Below the pieces are notes generated by a model. The model was given only the letters and a program-made list of their open reading frames with translations. It had not been told where the DNA came from and did no database searches. Position numbers and translations under genes: made by a program. DNA of 62,937 nucleotides from Clostridiaceae bacterium (lineage in GTDB: Bacteria; Bacillota; Clostridia; Saccharofermentanales; UBA5734), in the NCBI GenBank assembly GCA_012727965.1, contig JAAYFZ010000016.1:1-62937 (forward strand), given 5' to 3'. Positions 31,062-41,103 of the stretch are shown in pieces (within the stretch, counting starts at the first letter, position 1; every line of letters starts with the position of its first letter).

Positions 31062-31130
31062 TTAAGTTTACAAGGCATAAGGCCTAGTAATATAAACAGC
31101 GCGAGAGCGCACAAAAGGAGGAAAGTACTA

Positions 31131-32162
31131 ATGAAAAATCTCAAACGTGTATTGGCCATAGTTATGGTCACAGCTCTGTCTCTGAGCATTCTGGCTGCTT
31201 GCGGCGGTGGAGGCAAAAAATCCAATGATTATGCACTGCTATCCAAGAGCACAGGCAATCCTTACATGGAGAAACAGGCAGAAGGCTTCAAAGAGGCTGT
31301 TGCTGAATTCGAAGGTAATGCTATTGTCAAATTCCCGGCCAATCCTACTGCTGAAGATCAGATCGCTATGATCACAGAGCTGGTCAGCCAGGGTGTTGCA
31401 GGCATCGCTGTTGCCGCTAATGATTATGACGCACTGGAACCCGCACTCAAAGAAGCTACCAAAAAGGGTGTCAAGGTGATTTCTCTTGACTCATCAGTTA
31501 ATCCTGCCAGCCGTCTGACACATGTCAATCAGGCAGACCCGGTTGCTATCGGCGTTAGTCTGGTAGAAGCTGCTTTTGATCTGACAGGCGGTTCAGGTCA
31601 GTTCGCGATCCTCAGTGCTACATCAACAGCATCTAATCAGAATACATGGATCGAAAACATGAAGAAGACACTTGAAGATCCTAAGTATGCAGATCTTGAA
31701 CTGGTAAAAGTCGCTTACGGCGATGATCTCCGTGACAAGAGCGTTTCTGAAACAGAAGCTCTACTGCAGACATATCCTGATCTTAAGTGCATCGTAGCAC
31801 CGACAACAGTTGGTATCGCTGCTGCTGCAAAAGTTATCACAGACAATGGTCTGGTAGATACTATCGCAGTTACAGGTCTTGGTCTTCCTTCAGAAATGGC
31901 TGAATATATGGTAGAAGGCGGAGCCTGCCCATATATGTTCCTCTGGAATCCTATCGATGTCGGTTACCTGGCAGGACATACACTAAAAGCTATGGTAGAC
32001 GAGAAAGCAACAGGCAAAGTCGGCGACAAATTTGAAGCTGGCCGTCTGGGATCCATGGAAGTTGTTGACGCAACATCAGGTGATGGCGGAACAGAAGTTC
32101 TTCTCGGCGATCCATTCAAGTTTGATCTTGATAATATCGGTGAGTGGAAATCAGTTTATTAA
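31131..32162 (+). CDS. Lipoprotein sugar ABC transporter substrate-binding protein (LsrB/RhaS-like PBP)
   Basis: Signal peptide with lipobox LAAC followed by a GGGGK linker, and a PBP type-I fold. GGAGG SD. Confidence 0.85.
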   Translation: MKNLKRVLAIVMVTALSLSILAACGGGGKKSNDYALLSKSTGNPYMEKQAEGFKEAVAEFEGNAIVKFPANPTAEDQIAMITELVSQGVAGIAVAANDYDALEPALKEATKKGVKVISLDSSVNPASRLTHVNQADPVAIGVSLVEAAFDLTGGSGQFAILSATSTASNQNTWIENMKKTLEDPKYADLELVKVAYGDDLRDKSVSETEALLQTYPDLKCIVAPTTVGIAAAAKVITDNGLVDTIAVTGLGLPSEMAEYMVEGGACPYMFLWNPIDVGYLAGHTLKAMVDEKATGKVGDKFEAGRLGSMEVVDATSGDGGTEVLLGDPFKFDLDNIGEWKSVY

Positions 32163-32204
32163 TTATCTGAGCACCAGTTGTTAAAAACAATGACTGAATA
32201 AGAG

Positions 32205-32233
32205 GCTGCCCGGTTTTTGCCGGGCAGCTTTTT
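32205..32233 (+). terminator. Rho-independent terminator of the ABC operon
   Basis: GCTGCCCGG-tttttg-CCGGGCAGC followed by TTTTT. Confidence 0.8.
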
Positions 32234-32336
32234 GTCTGCTTGTTGTCTGACAATTGACTGGTTCAACTGGTTCTAATCGTCTATAATATGATAGGATAAA
32301 AAGAACATACATTTTTGTGGGAAGTTGGTGCGGAAA

Positions 32337-33137
32337 ATGAAGCTAGCTGTGATAGGCGCCGGACAGATGGGACAAGCACTGATCAGGGCTTTTGCCGGTA
32401 ATGTTTTGGCTGCTGATGATATAGCCGTTTATGATGTTGATGAGACTAGAACCGCAACTCTGGCAGCTGATTTAGGCTGTCTGCAGATCAGCAAGTCCAA
32501 TATCGCAAGTATAGCTGATCATGATGCTATACTGCTTGCGGTCAAACCGCAGATCCTGGCAGCTGTTATTAGTGAGATTGGATCCTATTTAGATGACAAA
32601 CTTGTAATGTCTATAGCGGCAGGTAAATCGATTGCTGAATTGCGTGCTTATGGTCTGTTAGACAATCCGCTGGTACGGATCATGCCAAATACTCCGGCTC
32701 TGGTCGGCAGCGCAGTCAGTGGCATCAGCTTCTCGGACAATGTCAGTAATGATTATAAGCTTTGGGTACTCAAGCTGTTTTCGTCCTGTGGTCTGGCTTT
32801 TGAGATCAAAGAGGATCTTCTGGATGCGGTTACTGGTTTATCAGGATCAGGACCTGCATATATGATGCTTGTGATGGAGGCTCTGGCCGACGGCGGTGTT
32901 AGACAGGGGCTTAGCAGAGAGCTATCACTGAAGATGGCAGCCATGACTATGTATGGGTCAGCCAAGCTGGTGCTCGAAACAAATCAGCATCCGGCAGTGC
33001 TTAAGGATCAGGTTTGTTCGCCTGGTGGAACAACGATCGAGGCTGTTGCAGTTCTTGAGGAACGCGGACTTAGATCATCCTTGATCGAGGCCGTGGCAGC
33101 GTCTTCTGACAAGGCCAGAGAACTCAGTGGTCGGTAA
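32337..33137 (+). CDS. proC: Pyrroline-5-carboxylate reductase
   Basis: Contains MKLAVIGAGQMGQAL, ...RIMPNTPALVG..., ...SGSGPAY... and CSPGGTTIEA. The start is uncertain (TTG 32325 or ATG 32337). Confidence 0.9.
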   Translation: MKLAVIGAGQMGQALIRAFAGNVLAADDIAVYDVDETRTATLAADLGCLQISKSNIASIADHDAILLAVKPQILAAVISEIGSYLDDKLVMSIAAGKSIAELRAYGLLDNPLVRIMPNTPALVGSAVSGISFSDNVSNDYKLWVLKLFSSCGLAFEIKEDLLDAVTGLSGSGPAYMMLVMEALADGGVRQGLSRELSLKMAAMTMYGSAKLVLETNQHPAVLKDQVCSPGGTTIEAVAVLEERGLRSSLIEAVAASSDKARELSGR

Positions 33138-33152
33138 GGGGATATTTATTTG

Positions 33153-33605
33153 ATGAGCAAAAAACCCGAGGTAACAATATATACTGATGGTGCCTGTTCC
33201 GGCAATCCGGGACCTGGCGGATGGGCAGCCGTTTTGATGGCAAATGGAGCCGTCAAGGAATTGAGCGGATATGAAGAGGATACGACGAATAACAGGATGG
33301 AGCTGACTGCGGCGACTGAGGCGCTTGAGAAGCTTACTAAGCCCTGCAGTGTGAAGCTGTATAGTGACAGCAGTTACCTTGTTTCGGCCTTCAATCAAGG
33401 CTGGCTTGATAATTGGCAGCGCAATGGCTGGCGCAATTCAGCAAAACAGGCTGTAAGCAATCCTGATCTCTGGAAACGTCTGCTGGCACAAGCTATAAGA
33501 CATGATATAACCTGGATCAAGGTCAAAGGTCATGCCGATAATGAGTGGAACAATCGATGCGACCAACTCGCTGTTGAACAGATAAAATTGAACAGATCGG
33601 TTTAG
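33153..33605 (+). CDS. rnhA: Ribonuclease HI
   Basis: Contains IYTDGACSGNPGPGGWAAVL, NNRMELTAA, SDSSY and VKGHADNEWNNRCDQLA. Confidence 0.92.
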   Translation: MSKKPEVTIYTDGACSGNPGPGGWAAVLMANGAVKELSGYEEDTTNNRMELTAATEALEKLTKPCSVKLYSDSSYLVSAFNQGWLDNWQRNGWRNSAKQAVSNPDLWKRLLAQAIRHDITWIKVKGHADNEWNNRCDQLAVEQIKLNRSV

Positions 33606-33620
33606 TGAGGAGAAAATTGA

Positions 33621-34184
33621 ATGTTTAGTGAGGAAACAATAGATAAGACGGTTCATTTCGAAGGCAGAGTATTTACGATTGAGGAGCATACCGTCAGACT
33701 TCATGATGGCCAAAGAGCCAGGCGTGAAATCGTAAGGCATTCTGGCGGAGCCTGTATAGTTCCGATCGATGCTGATGGCTTCGTGCATCTTGTTCAGCAG
33801 TTTCGCAAGCCCTACGATATGATGCTTCTGGAAATTCCTGCAGGCAAGCTTGAACCGGGTGAAGATTCATATGTTTGTGCTGTCAGGGAATTGGCAGAAG
33901 AGACTGGCTTCTGTGCGGACAATGTGGAATGGCTGGCAACTGTTTATCCTTCACCAGGATATTGTGATGAGATTTTAACTATTTATATTGCTACTGAGCT
34001 TACTGCCGGAGATGCAAGCCCAGATGATGGAGAGTTTGTGAGCAGCAGATCGATGCCGCTGCAAGAAGCACTTGATATGATCGACCGAGGTTTGATCAAG
34101 GATGCTAAGTCTCAGATAGGTTTACTGCGAGCTGAGCGTTGGCTGAAATTGCATAGACCTGAGCTTCTGAGTTCTGATAGGTAA
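33621..34184 (+). CDS. NUDIX hydrolase, ADP-ribose pyrophosphatase type
   Basis: Nudix box GKLEPGEDSYVCAVRELAEETG, with the typical NudF N-terminal beta domain. Confidence 0.85.
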   Translation: MFSEETIDKTVHFEGRVFTIEEHTVRLHDGQRARREIVRHSGGACIVPIDADGFVHLVQQFRKPYDMMLLEIPAGKLEPGEDSYVCAVRELAEETGFCADNVEWLATVYPSPGYCDEILTIYIATELTAGDASPDDGEFVSSRSMPLQEALDMIDRGLIKDAKSQIGLLRAERWLKLHRPELLSSDR

Positions 34185-34188
34185 TAAG

Positions 34189-36753
34189 ATGACTGTATCT
34201 GATAAAAAAAGAGAAATATATGGGTTATTTTATTTGGCAGCGGCGATATTTTTTACCGTTATATTCTATGTGCCTGCTGGCAGGACCGGCTGGCTGGGCG
34301 GTTTCGTCCGCAGCTCGGGACTAGGACTATTCGGTACAGCAGCCTTCGCGCTGCCTGCGGTTTTGCTGTACATGTCTCTTGATTATTTCCTGGAATCCAG
34401 GCTTAAGCTGACCAGACAACGTTTCACTGCGGTAATCATGCTCTGGTTAAGCTTTACTGTTTTGGCAGCTCTGCTGGCAACTCAGCAGGATCAACTGCGG
34501 ATAGATGCAGCAGAATCAGCTAGAAAAGCAATTCAAGTTCTCTGGGCACATGGAATCGAGATATATGATCCGGCGGGAGCTTTTCGTTTCAGCGGTGGCT
34601 TGACTGGAGGCCTGGCAGCTTCAGGTTTAAGAGCTTTGATCGGACAAACCGGTGCTCTTATTTTCGTCTTGGTTATGATTCTGGCGCTGCTGGTGCTGAT
34701 TTTTAATCTCTCAGTTTCCAAATTTATTTTTAAAACTGCTACCACGATCAATAAAACACAGGGAAAAGTCCAGCAGGTGATGAAGCAGCAGGTCAACGAT
34801 CTTCGTCAGCATCGTGAGATTAGACAGCAGCAGCCGCAGATCAGGCGTATTGATTCTGCTGACTATGATCTTCAACTGCCGACATCATGGCAGCCGACTG
34901 AACCTGTTCGAAAAAAAGGTCTTTATAAGCCTGATGCAGAGAGCTTCGAAGATGACTACATAGATGATACTTTACTCGATGAATCTATTTATGCGAGGCC
35001 GGAGTCTTTTGCCAAGGTAGGAAATGATAACAATGTGGACGATGTAGTTCAGGATGATAATAGCTGGGCAGCTTCAAGCTGGCTTGATCTGCCGGAAAAT
35101 GATCCTCTGTTTTCCGATGACGGCATATCCTCAGACGCTGATATTGGCAGTGGCGTGATTGATGAGCCAAACGTGACCTCCGATATTAAATTTGCTATGC
35201 CTGCACAAAACAAGAGTACAGGGCAGCGGCAGCCGGTAGTCCATCATGCTCACGGTCATCCTTCAATGGAGCAGCAATCGCTGCCTTATACACCACCATC
35301 ACTTGAACTGCTTAAGGATGATACACAACAAAGAAAGGTTCAGATGCATGCCGGAGCGATCCGTGCGCTTGGCCGCAAGCTGGAACAAACGCTTGAGAGC
35401 TTCAAGGTACAGGCGAAGGTGGTCAATTTCACGACTGGACCGACCATTACAAGATTTGAACTGACACCTGGACCAGGCGTCAAAGTCAGCAAAATTGTTA
35501 ATCTGGCTGATGATATTGCACTTAATCTGGCTGCTATGGGTGTCAGGATCGAGGCGCCGATACCGGGAAAAGCCGCGATCGGCATCGAGATTCCTAACAA
35601 AGAAACTACGCCTGTTTTGCTGCGAAGTCTGCTGGAATCACAGGAGTTTATACAGGCCAAATCACCGTTGACAGCAGCTCTGGGTCGTGATGTTCAAGGC
35701 AATCCTATATTTTGTGATCTTGCAAAAATGCCGCATTTACTGATTGCGGGTGCTACTGGATCAGGTAAATCTGTCTGCATAAACTGTATTTTGATGAGTC
35801 TGCTATACAAGGCAACCCCTGATCAGGTCAAACTATTGATGATTGATCCCAAGGTGGTTGAGCTTAGTGTCTATAACGGCATACCGCATCTGATTCAGCC
35901 GGTTGTTACTGATCCGAAAAAAGCCTACGGTGTTTTGAATTGGGCTGTTGATGAAATGGTTAGAAGATACAGTCTGTTTGCTGACCGATCGGTTCGTGAT
36001 ATAGCCTCCTACAATGCCGCACTTGATCTCGATCAGGAAGATGAGAGCGAACGTTTGCCATTGATTTTATTGGTAATTGATGAACTGTCAGATCTTATGG
36101 CCACGACACCGACTGAGGTCGAGGACGCGATAGCACGTTTGACCGCTATGGCGAGAGCCGCTGGCATTCATATGATAATTGCTACGCAGAGACCTTCTGT
36201 TGATGTTATTACTGGTGTAATTAAGGCAAACATTCCCTCGAGAATTGCTTTTGCAGTTGCCTCACAGATCGATTCCAGAACGATTATTGATATGGGTGGA
36301 GCTGAGAAGCTACTCGGTAAGGGTGATCTGTTGTATTATCCTCAGAGTGCGTCCAAACCTCTGCGCGGGCAAGGCGCGTTCATTACTGACTCAGAAGTTG
36401 AAAAGGTCCTGCACACGATCAAGAGCAACTATACACCTGATTATGACGACAATGTCGCAGAAGCAATTGCTTCGATACCTGACGCCAAAAACGCAAAAGA
36501 CGACCGCAGCAGTCCTGGAGAACAGGATGAACTGTTGCCACAGGCTTTGAGCATTGTTGTTGAGACAGGCTATGCCTCGGTATCTCTACTGCAGCGTAAA
36601 ATGACGGTTGGTTATCCCAGAGCGGCCAGACTGATCGACAGACTGCATGAAATGGGCTATATTGGTCCTTTTGAAGGCAGCAAACCGCGAAAAGTGCTGC
36701 TCAGCATGTCACAGTACATGGATTTGCAGCAGAAAGAGGATACTGAAAAATGA
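34189..36753 (+). CDS. ftsK: DNA translocase FtsK/SpoIIIE
   Basis: N-terminal TM helices, a long linker, a motor domain with Walker A GATGSGKSV and LLVIDELSDLM, and a C-terminal gamma winged-helix domain (SVSLLQRKMTVGYPRAARLIDRL). Confidence 0.94.
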   Translation: MTVSDKKREIYGLFYLAAAIFFTVIFYVPAGRTGWLGGFVRSSGLGLFGTAAFALPAVLLYMSLDYFLESRLKLTRQRFTAVIMLWLSFTVLAALLATQQDQLRIDAAESARKAIQVLWAHGIEIYDPAGAFRFSGGLTGGLAASGLRALIGQTGALIFVLVMILALLVLIFNLSVSKFIFKTATTINKTQGKVQQVMKQQVNDLRQHREIRQQQPQIRRIDSADYDLQLPTSWQPTEPVRKKGLYKPDAESFEDDYIDDTLLDESIYARPESFAKVGNDNNVDDVVQDDNSWAASSWLDLPENDPLFSDDGISSDADIGSGVIDEPNVTSDIKFAMPAQNKSTGQRQPVVHHAHGHPSMEQQSLPYTPPSLELLKDDTQQRKVQMHAGAIRALGRKLEQTLESFKVQAKVVNFTTGPTITRFELTPGPGVKVSKIVNLADDIALNLAAMGVRIEAPIPGKAAIGIEIPNKETTPVLLRSLLESQEFIQAKSPLTAALGRDVQGNPIFCDLAKMPHLLIAGATGSGKSVCINCILMSLLYKATPDQVKLLMIDPKVVELSVYNGIPHLIQPVVTDPKKAYGVLNWAVDEMVRRYSLFADRSVRDIASYNAALDLDQEDESERLPLILLVIDELSDLMATTPTEVEDAIARLTAMARAAGIHMIIATQRPSVDVITGVIKANIPSRIAFAVASQIDSRTIIDMGGAEKLLGKGDLLYYPQSASKPLRGQGAFITDSEVEKVLHTIKSNYTPDYDDNVAEAIASIPDAKNAKDDRSSPGEQDELLPQALSIVVETGYASVSLLQRKMTVGYPRAARLIDRLHEMGYIGPFEGSKPRKVLLSMSQYMDLQQKEDTEK

Positions 36754-38939
36754 GTTTTTTACCTATAAACCGTGATGACATGGACCAGCGTGGCTGGGAC
36801 ATGCTGGATTTTCTATTTATAACTGGAGACGCTTATGTCGATCATCCAAGTTTCGGAGCTGCACTGCTTACGAGACTGCTTGAAGCCAGAGGCTACCGTG
36901 TCGGAGTAATTGCCAGACCTGATCCTAATGATGATCAGGCATTCCTTGTTATGGGCCGACCGCTTTATGGCGTTTTCATCTCTTCAGGAGTTGTTGATTC
37001 TATGGTCAACAACTACACTTCGGCAGGCAAAACTCGATCTGAGGATCGTTATGCACCTGGAGGTATTGGTGGTCAGCGCCCGGACAGGTCGCTTATCAGA
37101 TACTGCAACATGGCCAGAAAACAACTGGGCGATCTGCCTTTGATCATTGGTGGAGTCGAGGCAAGTCTACGCAGATTTGCACATTATGATGTCTGGTCAG
37201 ACAAAGTCAGACGCTCAATTCTGCAAGATACCCAGGCGGACCTTCTGATCTACGGAATGGGAGAACTGCCAATACAAACGATAGCAGATCTGCTGGCCAG
37301 AGGCGCAGATATCAAAAAGATCAATAGCATACCTGGTACCTGTATTTTTGCGGCAGCTGATGATCTGCCGAAAAACTGTCGGGCCTTCGTAAATGAGTTA
37401 GGCGACTATCAGCTGGAAGCGGACCTTGAAGAGCTGAGAAAGCTCCAGAAGGCTGCTGAAACAGCGGCCAAAGGCAAAAAATCCAGAATCGACCGCGGCT
37501 TCCTAAGAGGGCTTTTTCCAGAGGATGATAAATTCATCATGCTGCCCCCATATGAGCAGTGTACAGAAAGCAAAACTGCCTATGCAGCGGCTTTTGCCAA
37601 GCAGTACCAGGAACAGGACCCCGGCGCCGGAAAAACAATGATTCAGAGACATGGCAGAAAATTTCTGGTGCAGAATCCTCCGCAGAAACCGATGACACCG
37701 GCTCAGTTTGATGAGGTTTATGCGCTTGATTACGAACGTAAGCCGCATCCGATGTATGATCAGGCTGGTGGTGTGCCGGCAATCGAAGAAGTACGGTTTA
37801 GTGTCAATAGTCATAGGGGCTGCTATGGCGGCTGCAATTTCTGCGCGATAACCTTCCACCAAGGCAGGATCATCCAGCGAAGAAGCGATCAGTCCGTGCT
37901 GGATGAAGTTGAGACAATTACTCAAATGCCTGATTTCAAGGGATATATCCATGATATAGGTGGACCTACTGCTAATTTCCATGAGCCTGCATGTGAAAAA
38001 CAGGATAAGGGCTTTGTCTGTAAGCACAGACAGTGCATGTCCCCGAAACCGTGTCCATCACTTAGGATCGGACAGCATTCTTATCTTGAGCTTCTGCGCA
38101 AGGCCAGACAGATGCCAGGAGTTAAAAAGGTCTTCGTGCGTTCAGGAGTTCGTTATGATTATGCACTTATGGACCCGGACCGCAGCTTCATTGATGAGCT
38201 GATCGAGTATCATGTCAGCGGACAGCTGAAGGTTGCACCGGAACATGTAAGCAAGAACGCGCTCGAAGCTATGGGTAAGCCCCCGGCCTGGATCTATGAT
38301 GAATTCAAAGAACTCTATGAGCAGATCAACAAAGAGAAGGGACTCAGGCAATACCTCGTACCTTATCTGATCTCCGGTCACCCAGGCTGTACTCTTGACG
38401 ATGCGATTGAACTTGCTCTCTATATCAAGGCAAATCGTGTTATGCCGGAGCAAGTACAGGATTTCTACGCGACTCCTGGAACAGTATCGACTACTATGTA
38501 TCACACACATATTGATCCTTTTACCTTGAAGGATATACATGTTCCCGATAGAGATGAGAAGAGACTGCAAAGAGCGCTTCTGCAGTTTGGCAAGCCAGAG
38601 AACAGAGCTGCGGCTATCAAAGCTCTGAGACTGGCAGGCAGAAATGATCTGATCGGTTATGGTGAAGAATGCCTGCTGGCAGCATCTTCAGTTCCACGCA
38701 GAAATTCTGGTGAAAGCAGAAATAATCACTCCGGCAAAAGCAATAGATCTGGTGCTGGTAAAACGAACAGCAGCAATAGGCCTAAGACCGGCAGAAACAG
38801 TGATAACAGGGCTTCTCAGTCTAGAGGTACCGGCAGTGGCAACGATCGTAATAGGACTAGCAGCAGGAATAATCAGGCTCGTGGAAACAGCGGACCTGCG
38901 AGAAGAAACGATAAGCCTGGAAAAGGGCGCAAAGGCTGA
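36750..38939 (+). CDS. ygiQ: YgiQ-family (UPF0313) radical SAM protein with an Arg/Asn/Ser/Gly-rich C-terminal tail
   Basis: N-terminus FLPINRDDMDQRGWDMLDFLFITGDAYVDHPSFG and the cluster motif GCYGGCNFC. ATGA overlap with ftsK. Confidence 0.9.
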   Translation: MSFLPINRDDMDQRGWDMLDFLFITGDAYVDHPSFGAALLTRLLEARGYRVGVIARPDPNDDQAFLVMGRPLYGVFISSGVVDSMVNNYTSAGKTRSEDRYAPGGIGGQRPDRSLIRYCNMARKQLGDLPLIIGGVEASLRRFAHYDVWSDKVRRSILQDTQADLLIYGMGELPIQTIADLLARGADIKKINSIPGTCIFAAADDLPKNCRAFVNELGDYQLEADLEELRKLQKAAETAAKGKKSRIDRGFLRGLFPEDDKFIMLPPYEQCTESKTAYAAAFAKQYQEQDPGAGKTMIQRHGRKFLVQNPPQKPMTPAQFDEVYALDYERKPHPMYDQAGGVPAIEEVRFSVNSHRGCYGGCNFCAITFHQGRIIQRRSDQSVLDEVETITQMPDFKGYIHDIGGPTANFHEPACEKQDKGFVCKHRQCMSPKPCPSLRIGQHSYLELLRKARQMPGVKKVFVRSGVRYDYALMDPDRSFIDELIEYHVSGQLKVAPEHVSKNALEAMGKPPAWIYDEFKELYEQINKEKGLRQYLVPYLISGHPGCTLDDAIELALYIKANRVMPEQVQDFYATPGTVSTTMYHTHIDPFTLKDIHVPDRDEKRLQRALLQFGKPENRAAAIKALRLAGRNDLIGYGEECLLAASSVPRRNSGESRNNHSGKSNRSGAGKTNSSNRPKTGRNSDNRASQSRGTGSGNDRNRTSSRNNQARGNSGPARRNDKPGKGRKG

Positions 38940-38980
38940 TACTATTTTCAATTTGTATATTATTTGGAGGGTGAACACAG

Positions 38981-39838
38981 ATGGCAACGATTATCGACGG
39001 GAAAGCATTAGCTGCTAAGATCAGACAGGAGATTGCGAATGAAGTAAATTCAGTGGCAGCAGCCGCTGGCAGAAGACCAGGACTGGCTGTTATTCAGGTT
39101 GGAGCAGATCCTGCATCCAGTGTTTATGTCAGAAATAAGAAAAAGGCCTGTGAAGAGGCGGGGATCGTTTCATTTGGCTATGATCTGCCTGAAGACGCTT
39201 CGCAAGAACAATTACTTGAATTGATCGAGGCACTTAATCAGGATGAACGGGTAGACGGAATACTCTGTCAACTGCCGCTGCCTGATCATATGGATGAATT
39301 TACTGTCCTTAATGCCATCAGACCGGAAAAAGATGTAGATGGTTTCCATCCTGTAAATGTTGGTCTTCTCTCAACAGGACACAAAAGCCTGGTTTCCTGT
39401 ACTCCTGCAGGTGTGCTGGAAATGCTGAAAGCCTATAATATCGAAATCAAAGGCAAGCGCTGTGTAATCATTGGGCGCAGCAATATCGTTGGCAAACCTG
39501 TGGCGCAATTAATGTTAAGAGAGCATGCGACTGTAACCATAGCTCATTCAAGAACAGTCGATCTGCCGAAGATCTGCCGTGATGCAGATATACTGATCGC
39601 AGCTGTTGGCCGTGCTGAAATGGTTACTGCAGACTATATTAAACCTGGAGCCACAGTAATAGATGTTGGCATCAATCGCAATGAACAGGGCAAGTTAGTT
39701 GGTGATGTCCGCTTCGAAGAAGCGAGCCAAATTGCCGGTGCAATTACTCCTGTACCGGGTGGCGTTGGGCCTATGACGATAGCGATGCTCCTTAAGAACA
39801 CAGTTCAGGCCTATCGGCAAGCAAGAGGTATTCTATGA
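38981..39838 (+). CDS. folD: Bifunctional methylenetetrahydrofolate dehydrogenase/methenyl-THF cyclohydrolase
   Basis: Contains [60 protein letters not shown] and VPGGVGPMT. Confidence 0.96.
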   Translation: MATIIDGKALAAKIRQEIANEVNSVAAAAGRRPGLAVIQVGADPASSVYVRNKKKACEEAGIVSFGYDLPEDASQEQLLELIEALNQDERVDGILCQLPLPDHMDEFTVLNAIRPEKDVDGFHPVNVGLLSTGHKSLVSCTPAGVLEMLKAYNIEIKGKRCVIIGRSNIVGKPVAQLMLREHATVTIAHSRTVDLPKICRDADILIAAVGRAEMVTADYIKPGATVIDVGINRNEQGKLVGDVRFEEASQIAGAITPVPGGVGPMTIAMLLKNTVQAYRQARGIL

Positions 39839-41103
39839 AAAATATCCGCAGTGGTGAGATTCTCTGTGTTGGCACCGAGCTACTGGTCGGTCAAATTGTA
39901 AATACAAATGCCAGCTGGCTGGCTAGACGGTTGTCTCTGCTTGGCATCAGTTCATATTATCAGACTGTGGTTGGAGATAATCCAGCCCGCATGCTCGAAG
40001 CTATGAAAGTAGCTAGCAGCAGATCTGACCTGGTGGTAGTAACTGGTGGACTTGGTCCGACAGCTGATGATTTGACCATGTCTGTCGCGGCTAAGATGGC
40101 AGAACGTAAAATGCAGATCCATCTACCCAGTCGTGAAGCGATAAGTGAGATCTTTCGCAAAATGGGCAGGACCGAGGTAACCGAAAATAACTGGAAACAG
40201 GCGATGATGCCTGAAGGTGCTTTCGTTTTACCGAATAATAATGGTACAGCTCCTGGCGCAGTTATTGAATATAGCTTCGAAGGAAGAGAAGTTACTATGA
40301 TTTTACTGCCCGGACCTCCGTCTGAGATGCAGCCGATGTTTGTAGATCAGGCAGAACCATGGATAAGACAACATGTACCGACTAGCTTCAAGCACCTTTT
40401 TGTCAGGATGATAGGTATTGGTGAATCAAAAGCTGAAACAATGCTGCTAGACCTAATAGACGGACAAAATAATCCTACTATCGCTCCATATGCTTCTGAA
40501 GGTGAAGTTATATTTAGAATAAGCCAGCTATTCGACAAAAATGATGGTGACATAACAAAACAGCCGGATCTAACAGCAGAACTACTGGCCGAGGTTAGAA
40601 ATAGACTTGGTGAATTTATTTACGAGGTCGGAGACCGTAAAATGCCTGAAGTGGTAAAAGACATGCTTCATGCGCAGCGAAAAACTATCAGCTTCGCTGA
40701 ATCTTGTACAGCTGGTCTGTTATCTGACGCGATAGCACAGTATCCAGGTGCTTCAGAGGTTTTCAAAGGTGCCATCATCGCCTATGACAATGATATCAAG
40801 ACAAATATTCTCAATGTATCTTCAGATATATTGACCGAATATGGTGCCGTCAGCGAGCAATGCGCCATAGCGATGGCAACAGGATGTCGTGATGTCATGA
40901 AAACTGATTTAGCTATATCTGTCACTGGAATAGCGGGGCCGGATGGTGGTTCAGAGGAAAAACCTCTGGGGACTGTCTGGCTGGCCGCAGCAAGCGCAGA
41001 TGGTGTCGTTACCAGGAAGCTTCATCTTGCTGGTAATAGAGGTAGAATCAGAAGAGTATCAGCTTTGCAGGCATTGGATCTGGCCAGGAGGCAGCTTCTG
41101 TGA
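39835..41103 (+). CDS. cinA: Competence/damage-inducible protein CinA (MoCF-binding plus PncC-type nicotinamide-nucleotide amidase domains)
   Basis: Contains [27 protein letters not shown] and a C-terminal [14 protein letters not shown]...[10 protein letters not shown]. Confidence 0.9.
   Translation: MKNIRSGEILCVGTELLVGQIVNTNASWLARRLSLLGISSYYQTVVGDNPARMLEAMKVASSRSDLVVVTGGLGPTADDLTMSVAAKMAERKMQIHLPSREAISEIFRKMGRTEVTENNWKQAMMPEGAFVLPNNNGTAPGAVIEYSFEGREVTMILLPGPPSEMQPMFVDQAEPWIRQHVPTSFKHLFVRMIGIGESKAETMLLDLIDGQNNPTIAPYASEGEVIFRISQLFDKNDGDITKQPDLTAELLAEVRNRLGEFIYEVGDRKMPEVVKDMLHAQRKTISFAESCTAGLLSDAIAQYPGASEVFKGAIIAYDNDIKTNILNVSSDILTEYGAVSEQCAIAMATGCRDVMKTDLAISVTGIAGPDGGSEEKPLGTVWLAAASADGVVTRKLHLAGNRGRIRRVSALQALDLARRQLL

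Noticed and set aside
32248-32270. Tandem ACTGGTTC repeat upstream of proC as a regulatory repeat
   Set aside because: There are only two 8-nt copies, and no associated regulator or conserved motif that I recognise. This is too little signal.
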